From Geosiphon pyriformis uo1 (taxonomy: Eukaryota > Fungi > Glomeromycota): a DNA stretch of 64,000 nucleotides. This document shows, piece after piece, positions 52,819-62,800 of the stretch. Where the stretch lies: NCBI GenBank assembly GCA_016748015.1, contig JAAOMT010000617.1, forward strand, positions 690,635 to 754,634, read 5' to 3'. The notes under the pieces are model-generated. The model did no database searches. It saw only the letters and a list, made by a program, of their open reading frames with translations, and was not told the DNA's origin. The position numbers and the translations under genes are program-made. Every line of letters begins with the position of its first letter. Position 1 is the first letter of the stretch.

Positions 52819-52938
52819 GATTATTGACCTGATCAATGACCTGATCATTGACCTGATTATTGACCTGATCATTGATCTGATCATTAACCTGATCATTAAC
52901 CTGATTATTGACCTGATCATTGACCTGGTTGTTGACCA
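52819..52938 (+). repeat. 12-bp tandem array (GATCATTGACCT x10) in the LTR U3, upstream of a TATA box (52950-52956)
   Basis: Ten countable units. The same array is present in every family-1 LTR, with 4 units at 59877-59924. Confidence 0.9.
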
Positions 52939-53462
52939 CTTTAGATAGCTATATAAGTGATGATTCTCTTAGCTGTAGAAAGACATGATCAAAGTAACGA
53001 AAAAAAACAATATCAATTACTTCCTCTTATATCACTTATTTCCTTTTCTTTACCTTCAAGTATCTACTTGTTGGCATTCACATATCTTATCTTTTTCCCT
53101 TCTTGATTTGTATTTGTTAGAATTAGCCTGAGAAGCAATTGGCTTGCTATTGTAATTCATTGAATAAAGAAACAATTGAAAAGTACAACAATACCTGTTA
53201 TTGATTCTAAGAATTGCCGAGTTGAGGCATAGAATAATAGCAGTGGTGTTATCTTGTTGACAATCACAAACTATTCCTCTACCTTCAGATTTAAGAAAAG
53301 ATTAGCGACTGTGATTTTTATGAGACTGATTACACATATTGAATTTCTACTTATTCAATTTGCTCCCTTATTGTAATTCCCTCTTTGTTTATTTCCATCA
53401 CCATATAATACTGTTCTCTCTTACTATTCGTTAGCTTGTTACTCCAACCCGTAACATAAAAG

Positions 53463-53479
53463 TGGTGCTCCCTGTGAAG
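53463..53479 (+). promoter_or_regulatory. Primer-binding site TGGTGCTCCCTGTGA(A/G)G, likely tRNA-Ile(UAU)
   Basis: Follows the 5' LTR after a 6-nt spacer. Its complement ...CTCACAGGGAGCACCA resembles eukaryotic tRNA-Ile(UAU) 3' ends. The tRNA identity is inferred. Confidence 0.7.
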
Positions 53480-53508
53480 TTATCAAAATTCACTTATTCT
53501 CTCATTGT

Positions 53509-55059
53509 ATGGGTGATTACTCATATCTGTCATAGCAATCAGAAGAACACTTTGCAGCACACAACAGAAACAATCTAAATTTCATTGAACTTAATCCTCT
53601 GCCCTCCTGCTTGATCTGTTTCCCCCTTAAAAAACAATCCAGTAGACAATTCCAAGACTTTTGGAACTGGTTTCTGAATGAGCATTCAGCTGAAACCTAC
53701 ACAGCTTATACAACCTATTACTTTGACCAAGCTTATTTTGAAAACAACTTTGAAGAAAGAAACAACAGTATCAATCAACTCTTATATTCTGCAACCTTTG
53801 AACAACAGCCTTCTGATTTCGAATATCTGAATCATTAAATCCACATTTGGATTGCTGCCCATCAAGCAACTGAAACTCCCTTTTAAACAGAAGAAGAAAG
53901 TTACCAAACTGCCCCTGTTTTTGACTTTTTATCAAGTAAATCAGACTCGTCTACACAAACAGTTACCCCTGAACCAATGGCTAATGACCCCATGCAAGCA
54001 AACATTCTGGCCGTCTTCCAAGGTATACAAACTGCTCTAGGAAGAAAAAACAATACCCCACTACCACTATTTAGAGATGATGCACAAGATCCAATTGAAT
54101 GGTTGGATGATTTTGAGAGAGCTGCCACAGCCAACCAGTATGATGAAAAATACAAGTTCCAAATCATTGGTGGCTACCTCCAAGGCTCTCCTGCTACCTG
54201 GTTCTTGCAAGAAACAGATGCCAATGCTCAATACAGAATAATCAAATAGACACCAATCAATGCTGGAGAAGAAAATATCTCTTTTACTACTCGATTTGAG
54301 GCCAAGTTCAGAACCCCAATATTAATATCCAAATGGTGCATGGAATTGGAAAGAAGAATCTAAGGTCCTGGAGAAGTAGTGACTGAATATGCCAAGACTA
54401 TTAGAAAGTTAATCAAATGTATAGACTCTGGGAAAAATTGGACAGAAGAGCAGAAAATTCACTCTTTCACAAAAGGATTGAGAACTGATCTATCATATGC
54501 TCTTTGGCCCCTTCTGGCCCTGAAAGATAATTTCACCATGGATATGGCCATTGAATTAGCACAAAGAATTGAAGATAACCAAAGGATGCACTTGGGATCC
54601 ACACTACCAGTTTTTGCTCCTGCTCCTGTTATGGCTTCTGCCCCTCAAATGGCTGCTACTTCTTTTGCCACTCACACTCAAGATCCAAATGAACAGTTAA
54701 TAGACAGACTCACAGCAAATCTTGTCTGGTTATTAGAACCCTTAGCCCAAGCAGTCAGAGAAAATCAACAACCACAAAGACCCAGATTTGAACCACACTT
54801 TAATCAGCCTCAGCAACCACCTTATCAAAGACAACAAAATCGTGGCCCACTTGTATGCTATCACTGTGGATTAACTGGACACTTTTTAAGAGATTGCAAC
54901 AATTCTCCACTGCTTCCACCAGTTCCCAGAAACAATGATGCTCAGAACAACAAAACCAACAACAACAATGTGCCCAACCAAAGACCCAATCATGTCAACA
55001 TCAATTTCTTTGGAGAGGATCCCCTAGTTGAAGCCACTGTTTATTAGCCTTTAAACTAG
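53509..55059 (+). pseudogene. gag: Gag (N-terminal His/Cys domain, capsid-like domain, CCHC knuckle), stop-interrupted
   Basis: ORFs 53611, 53977 and 54379 share one frame. PLFRDDAQDPIEWLDDFERAA and CYHCGLTGHFLRDC. Confidence 0.9.
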
Positions 55060-55092
55060 TAGGCGCACCTCCAAAGGGTGAGAGTGCAAGCC
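55050..55092 (+). promoter_or_regulatory. Putative -1 ribosomal frameshift signal (T TTA AAC plus downstream stem)
   Basis: Heptamer is in X XXY YYZ phase with gag and directly before the gag stop. The -1 frame is the protease frame. Retained in copies B, C and F. Confidence 0.8.
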
Positions 55093-57742
55093 AACCAGAA
55101 GAAAACCCTTTTTTCACTTTTAACTTAACTAATGATGACCATGACATGGATGAACTAGCAACCAACCCCTCTGAATCCACAAGAAAGAAAAAGAAAGCCA
55201 AAGTTGATTTCGTTCTGGACCCCAATAAAGCTTCTACATCAACTGCTGACAACAATGAGCCCCCAAAAGCCAAAGTTTTCAAAAACCCTCCAAAGTTGGA
55301 ATCCTCAGAAATAGTACAAAAATCCGGCCCCTATTCTGTTGTCAAAGATCTTATGGAAACCCCAGCACATATAACCTTTGGCCAATTGATGACCCATCCA
55401 CAATTCAGAAAAGATTTTCACAAATCTCTGATTTCAAAGAAAAAGACACCCAAAACCAACAAATGCTCTCACCAAGCTGGACTTGCTGACAATAGCAATG
55501 TCACTCTTCTAATTTGCAAAGCCCAAGTGGCTGGCTACTTCATCGATTTGATCCTAGACAGTGAATTATCTGTTAGTGTTATTGCTAAACACTTTCTTGA
55601 AGCAATTGGCAGAAAAATTGATAAACCATCTACATGACCAATGACCAATGTGCATGGTGATAAGAAAAAAGAGCTTGGCATAGCCAAAGCTATTCCTGTC
55701 TATATCAATGGCATCAGCATTGAAACTGATATGGAAGTATCTGAAGCAAAAGAATACACCATTATTGTTGGCAATGAATGGCTCAAGAAAGCAAAAGCTT
55801 TGCTTGATTATGAACTCTGTGAACTAACCATCAGATGTGGTAAGAAACCCATTGTGGTTAAATATCGCCATTGGACAAATCCTCCAGTACCCAAGCAGAG
55901 CCCAGAAGAAAATGAATCAGACGAATCAGATGATAAAGAAAGTGAGGAAGAAGAAGAACAAGAAGAACAAGAAGAAACTGCTGAACTCGCCTATACCATT
56001 TTCACCAGCAATGGCAAACCACTGGATAATGTCAAGGCAGATAAAGAAGAAATCATTGTTAATGGCAAGCTAATTTGCTGGCCTTATTATGACATGCTCA
56101 GAAGAACCTTTGGCAGAAAGCCAGGTAAGAAAGCCAAATACAGTTATTGGTGGCATGGTCCTTGTGCCTGGTGCTGGTGCGACAAACCATTGTATTCTCC
56201 TAGCAATGAATGCATGTCCTGCCTGATCTATTACAAAGATTGGGAACCAATCAGCTTGATATCTTGTGAGGAAATAAAAGAAGTCCAAAAGTCCTTTGAA
56301 AACAAACCACCTGAAATTAATCACTGGTTGTAGAACAAAAAAAACCCTCTTCAGAAGAAAGAAAGATAGACATTGAAAACCTGCTGGCTAGAAACAGCCC
56401 AGTTGTCTCAAAAGAAGGTGAACCTCCTGGACGTACACATGTGATACAACACACCATCATCACCAGAGAAACTCGCCCCATCTATTTGAAGCCTTATCAA
56501 TCCAACTGGCACAATGATGAGTTTATCAAAAAGGAAATAACCCAAATGAAAACCCTTGGATTCATACAGGAAACCAAGAGTGAATGGGCATTCCCAGTTA
56601 TAGTGGTATCCAAGAAAGGAAAAACTCTATGCTTTTGTGTTGACTATTGCCAATTAAATGCCATTACTGAAAGAGATATGTACCCACTTCTCAAGATTGA
56701 TGCAATGCTAGACCAATTCCATGGTGCTGCTTTCTTCTCAACCATTGACTTAACTGCTGGATTCTGGCAAGTAGAGATGGATCCAAAAAGCAGAAAGAAA
56801 ACTGCCTTCATCACCAAGTATGGCACCTACGAATTCACAGTCATGCCTTTTGGTCTTACAAATGCTCCTTCCACCTTTCAATGCTTAATGGACAAAGTAT
56901 TTGAATCAGTAAAAGAAAACTTAGTTCTAGTCTACTTGGACGACATAATGGTATACTCAAAAACCTGGGATGAACACTTTGAACATTTGCAAAAAGTTTT
57001 TGACCTCCTTAGAAATGCTGGCCTCAAGATCAATCCAATCAAATCATTCTTTGGATGTCAATCCACCCAGTTCCTTGGCCATCTTATTACAAAAGATGAA
57101 ATCTTCTCTGATCCAGCCAAAATTGAAAAAGTTCAAAACATTAGACAACCAATGAATGTTCATAAACTACGCTCTTTTCTTGGTTTGGTCTCTTATTATC
57201 GCAAGTTTGTCAAGGATTTCTCCAAAATTGCCACTTCTTTCAATCAGCTACTTAGGAAAAACATCAATTATTACTGGGGCACTTATCAACAAAAAGCATT
57301 TGAAATTCTGAAGGAAAAACTGGTTACAGAACCCATCCTCATGCAACCTAATCTGGATCAACCTTTTATCCTCCATACTGATGCATCTGGCTATGAACTT
57401 GGTGCTGTTTTTTCCCAGAAAAATGAAGATGGCAGAAAACATGCTATAGCATATGCCAGTAGAACTCTCACACCAGCAGAAAAGAACTACTCAGTCACTG
57501 AGCAAGAATGCTTAGCAGTAGTTTGAGCTACCAGCTACTGGGACAAATATCTTAAGGGTGTAAAATTTTTGGTGGTAACAGATCACCAAGCTTTGGTTTG
57601 GCTATGCAACAAAAGAAACCTGGAACATAAACAGATAACTCACTAGATACTCCACTTGGATGAATTCGACTATAACATTCAATACCACAAAGGAGCTAAT
57701 CATCAAAACGCCGATGCTCTCTCCAGACTTATTATCCAGTAA
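55050..57742 (+). pseudogene. pol: Pol part 1: aspartic protease, acidic/Cys-rich linker, reverse transcriptase, RNase H
   Basis: LILDS(E/G)LSVSVI; IDLTAGFWQ, MPFGLTNAP, YLDD; HTDASG and TDHQAL; ends NADALSRLIIQ-stop. Confidence 0.92.
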
Positions 57743-57801
57743 TAGCAAAACCCTCTCAAACCAAACCAACTTAATTATTTGTAACTCCTTCACAAACAAA
57801 C

Positions 57802-59121
57802 ATGATAATAGACTTGAACAACTACTCTGCCTTAATGGAATTTTTGGGTAAAGGACAATACCCGCCAGACTATACTTGACAGCAAAGAGAACATTTGCAC
57901 AAACAATCAAATTTCTATTTGATTCGCCAGAACCAGTTATATAAAAGAAATAGAAAAGATCCTGACTGCCCCCAAAGAGTCATCAGATTTGAAGAAAGAG
58001 AAATTGTGATCTACAATATGCATACTAATCCATTAGCTGGACACTTTAGAAAAACAAAAACGATCCAGAAAACTTTAGCTTGCTATTATTGGCCTACTTT
58101 GGGAAAAGACATTGCTGAATACATCAAAATCTGTAATACCTGCCAAAGAAGAGGAAAACCCAATCACAAGGAAGATATCCACCTGATCTTTGTTGGTCAA
58201 CCATTTAACAGAATTGGTATAGATGTTGTTGGACCTTTAACAGTAACTCCTGATAGCAATAGATACATTATCACAGCTACCGACTATCTTACAAAGTGGG
58301 TAGAAACAAAAGCCACCCCAGATCAAACAGCAGTCTCAATTGCCAATTTCATTTATGAAGATATTATCTGTCACCATGGCTGCCCCAAAGAACTTTTATC
58401 TGATAGAGAAAGAGCTTTTCTCAGTACACTAGTTAAAGAACTTTGCAGAAAAATGAGAATACATTATAAACTTTCTTCTCCTTATCACCCCTAAACAAAT
58501 GATCTAGTGGAATATTTCAATAGAACACTATGTGAAACCCTAGCCAAAACCAGTGAAGAAACCAACCTATGGAACAAAGTATTGCCTTCAGCTTTGTTTG
58601 CTTACAGAACTGTGAATCATAACATAACAAGTTATGAACTCTTTTATCTGCTTTATGAACAAATGGCAACTCTACCAATAGAAATGGATATAGAAACAAT
58701 ACCTTTTGAAAAAATAACAATAGAAGATTACAAGGACATTTTGCAAAAAAGACTTGGTACCATTCTTGACTCATTGGTAGAAGCACGGATAATTGCCTTT
58801 GAAAAGATAAAACAGTTCCAAGAGAAGCTCAAAAAGAAAAAGACCTATAAAACACTTTCCTTAAGTGTTAGTGACTTAGTTTTGGAATACCATTTAGACA
58901 GAGACAATGTCTATGGTGATAAATTCTCCAGCTGCTGAAAAGGACTTTTTATAGTCAACAAAGTTTTGAACAATGGTTCATATATCCTACAAGATCAATA
59001 TGGAACAATATTCAGTGATTGCCCTATTCATGACATGTGACTCAAGAAATATCACAAATGATCTGATTGGTTACCTGTTGTGGTAATACCGACCCAAATG
59101 ATTAGCAAAAATCAAATATAA
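57802..59121 (+). pseudogene. Integrase (HHCC, DDE core, GPY/F-type C-terminus), out of frame with RT-RH
   Basis: H..GH...CNTC; GIDVVGPL; TDYLTKW; LSDR; YHP*TNDLVEYFNRTL; GDKFSSC*KGLFIV. Confidence 0.9.
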
Positions 59122-59162
59122 ATAAATGCATCATTCCCAAAACAGAAGTATCTTCAATTGAC

Positions 59163-59819
59163 ATGAACAATTATTTCTTGGATCAAAACATTCAAAATGC
59201 TTTCTATACTCTCCATGAGTACTGGATTAAGAACTATCCAAATGCTACTCTGACTATTGGAAAACAAACCACCATAACAGACAACAGTAGAACTTACACT
59301 GTTATCAGACCAAAGAAAACAACTACCAGAAGAGAAAGAATTGGTGGCAAAATGGATAAATACCTGTTGGAAAGCATAACAGCAGCGATACTTTCACCTT
59401 CCAGCACAATTGGAAAAATGATACAAGAAATCTTGCCCATAGACAAAAACTTGTCATATGGAAGACAACTAGAACTCTATGGTCGTCTTGGTAAAATCAT
59501 AGAAGACATAAAGCTCATGAAGAAAACAACTTTAGAGATACAAGGGGAAATTTTGGGCATTATATGATTGGATGTCCCAAGAGTTTTGACTATTGCTAGA
59601 AGAGCCAGAACTCTTATACAAAGATTTGGTCTCTTGGATACAAAACTTATTTCACTTCAAGTATTATATATCCTATCCACAAAAGACTTCAACAAACTAG
59701 TTAGTTTTGAGTTAGACAAAACCCTTCACATAGACTATTCCATAAATAGCTTGATTTTGCCAGAGCTTAATCTCTTTAGAGAGGATGATGTTATGGTTGA
59801 AATTCATAGTTTTTATTAG
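59163..59819 (+). pseudogene. Extra ORF3 of unknown function (~218 aa) ending inside the 3' LTR
   Basis: Two in-frame ORF pieces joined by one TGA that is Trp in copy B. Conserved in copy B (25085-25741), copy F and partly copy E. Confidence 0.75.
59778..59788 (+). promoter_or_regulatory. Polypurine tract AGAGAGGATGA
   Basis: Purine-rich run immediately before the 3' LTR TG. Confidence 0.7.
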
Positions 59820-62800
59820 TTATTACATGTATTAGCCACTGATGTCATATAATTAGCCACCCTATTTTTAGATAGTGATCATTGACCTGATCAATGACCT
59901 GACCATTGACCTGGTCATTGACCATTTTAGATAGCTATATAAGCGATGATTCTCTTAGCTGTAGAAAGACATGATCAAAGTAACAAAAAAAAACAATATC
60001 AATTACTTCCTCTCATATCGCTTATTTCTCTTTCCTTACCTTCAAGTATCTACTTGTTGGCATTCACATACCTTATTTTTTTCCCTTCTTGATTTGTATT
60101 TGTTAGAATTAGCCTAAGAAGCAATTGGCTTGCTCTTGTAATTTATTGAATAAAGAAATGATTGAAAAGTACAACAATACCTGTTATTGATTCTAAGAAT
60201 TGCTGAGTTGAAGCATAGAATAATAGCAGTAGTGTTATCTTGTTGACAATCACAAACTATTTTTCTACCTTCAAATTTAAGAAAAGATTAGTGACTGTAA
60301 TTTTTATGAGACTGATCACGCACATTGAATTCCTACTTATTCAATTCGCTCCCTTATTGTAATTCCCTCTTTGTTTATTTCCATCACCACACAATACTAT
60401 TCTTCCTTGTTATTTGTTAGCTTGTTACTCCAACCCGTAACAATAGGTTGTAAAACTACTAAAACCAAATAAAAAAATTTTTTATCAAACAACACTTTCC
60501 TAAGAACTAAGTTAGAAAAAAACTTAATATTCAAATGTGCTTTAACAAGATTAGGTTTGAACAAGCCCTTTATTAATAGAAAGATACCTAAATATTTGTG
60601 AAATTTATCATGTCTAGCTATAAAAATTAGTTAACCACTAATATATAATAAAGCATCCATAATTCTTTGATTGATTGGATTGTTACTATCTTATTACTGT
60701 TGATAAAAATATTATTAATCTCAAAAAACTCACTAGCAATATTCAAAATATGCTGCATTGAAACCTGACTATTACTCATCCAGATTGTGTTATTAACAAA
60801 TACATCTACCACAAAAAATGAGAATTTACTTCCTTTCACTTTTATTTTGTCTGTTTTTATCACAAAGTTTGTATTAATTTTGTATTTATATAGGTGTTTC
60901 TGTCTCTTAATTTTATGCAACAAAAGGTCATAAAAAATTCTCTATAAAAGTAATAAAAAAACTTCATTCTGATTTAGCCTATCTAGCACTTTGTACTTAT
61001 TTGAAAAACCAAAATCAATTATTATTCTGTTGATTCTACTTATGTATATATTCTCAAAAAACTTAATAAATTTGTTATACATCCTTATTTGCTTCAAACT
61101 AGCCTCCAAGTGTTACTATTTGACTGAATCATAGGCCTTATGTATATTCTGTAGCCAAACTTTTTAACCTTTTTTTAAAGCATTCTCTACTATTGATCTA
61201 ACTGCAAACACAAAAAATTGAATTGAAATGCCTTTTAAGACTAAGAAATTATCACTTTAAAGAACATTATATTAAGTGCAAGCAGACAAGATACAGTTTA
61301 AAAAGTTCTTAAAAAGTATTTTCCTAGTTATTTCAATTAGTATAATAGGTTGTGTGTTTGTTAAAACACCCACCTAATTATATGGTTTAGAGATTATTGA
61401 GACTTATACTCTCTTCTAAAAAATTGGGATATTTCCAAGCACCAAACAAAAATTTAACAAACATAACAAGCAATTCAACATTTTATCTCCATAATGCTTT
61501 CAGAATTTATTTAATATACTTAACAAACCAGTTGCTTTGTCATCAAACAGTCTATTAATTACCATAATCAATTTATGCAAATTTTGTTTATAATCTTAGA
61601 AAAAGTGGTTTTTTTCACATAATCTAATGATGCATATTGTTGAGACTAAATAGTAGACAATACTGAAAACATTTTGCATTTTCTCATCTAATCTATCATA
61701 ATTTTATTAACTTTACATTTTACCTCTTTTAAATCTAAAACTAACTCCTTTTCAACTACTAAATAGTCTAAAACCACTTTATAAAATAGCCAATTCAGAA
61801 CACTTCTTATTATGTTTTTTTTGTCAAAACTGAAGTTTTTTATTTGCTTCTTAATTATTTTTCTGATGGCTGAATCTTTAGCAATTTTTGATTTATAGTA
61901 CTTAGACTTTCTGTGTTTTTTTTTAATCAATAACAAATATTTAATAGTATTTAATAAATTTGTATTATTTTAAATCAAAATATCAAACTTGAAAGCCTTT
62001 CTATTATTAGATATTAACTATTTTATAAGAAGGCAATTATATTTAAATTTGTTGTTTGTGCTTAATCTCTTTATAATTCTGGTAATCAATAACTCCAAAC
62101 CAAAAAATTTCAAAAACTGCTTATTTTTTAAGCACTTAAAAATACTAAACCAATGTTTAAAAAAAGTAGTATTTGCTAAGTTCACTATTACTCTTCTTAA
62201 AATCTCTTACATGTCATTCAATTTGTTAAAAGCTTTTACATTCATAAATTTATTTACTATAAATGACAGTTTAATTAAAACACATTTTTTAAAATAAATT
62301 TATTTAGTATTATTTGTATTTTTGATATTAAACTTCTAATAATTCTTGTTTATTTGCTTGTAAACACTATTTAGGCATGCATTTAAAAGTCTTTTTAAGC
62401 CAATTAAAACTACAATTATCTTATAATCTGTATTAAAAAACTTAAATACAATGCTAATTTTTTATATTATAATTGTTAACAACAGAATCTCATTAACAAA
62501 AACATAGTCAATAATCTTTATAATACTTTTAAAGTTATGCTAAATACAAATCTTTACCAAAAAGTGTTCTTTAAGTAAATTAACCAGATCTATATCTAAG
62601 CACTTCTTAAAACTTGCACTTTTTTTAGAAATATTCTCATTAAAACTACTACTTAAAACCACAAAAAAGCTAAAATTGACAGTTTTAGAGATAACAAAGT
62701 TAATATTAGAAGTCTGATCAAACCATATACCAACAAATGCCCCAACATATAAGCCCAAAATTGTAACTAAAAACTTGTTTTTAAACAAAAGCCATATTGA

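Larger units (their letters stand above)
52731..60442 (+). mobile_element. Ty3/Gypsy family-1 copy A, best preserved full-length copy
   Basis: LTRs 52731-53456 and 59789-60442 (TGTT...AACA), TSD ATAG, PBS and PPT present. Order gag-PR-RT-RH-IN-ORF3. Confidence 0.97.

Noticed and set aside
52819-52938. AGGTCA half-sites as nuclear-receptor response elements
   Set aside because: The host appears fungal and fungi lack classical nuclear receptors, so the similarity cannot identify the binding factor.
55001-55282. Recurring antisense ORFs (also 29624-29905, 57602-57910, 7131-7376)
   Set aside because: They lie opposite gag/pol, recur only because the element is repeated, and show no independent motif.
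58940-59121. Chromodomain at the integrase C-terminus
   Set aside because: After the GPY/F-like motif the protein ends within about 60 residues with no chromodomain pattern.
53509-59819. Alternative genetic code (TGA=Trp, TAA/TAG=Gln) explaining the in-frame stops
   Set aside because: Stop positions differ between copies and are single C>T/G>A changes. The host genes read normally and end in TAA.
59163-59819. ORF3 as a retroviral envelope gene
   Set aside because: No evident signal peptide, transmembrane anchor or fusion-protein features.
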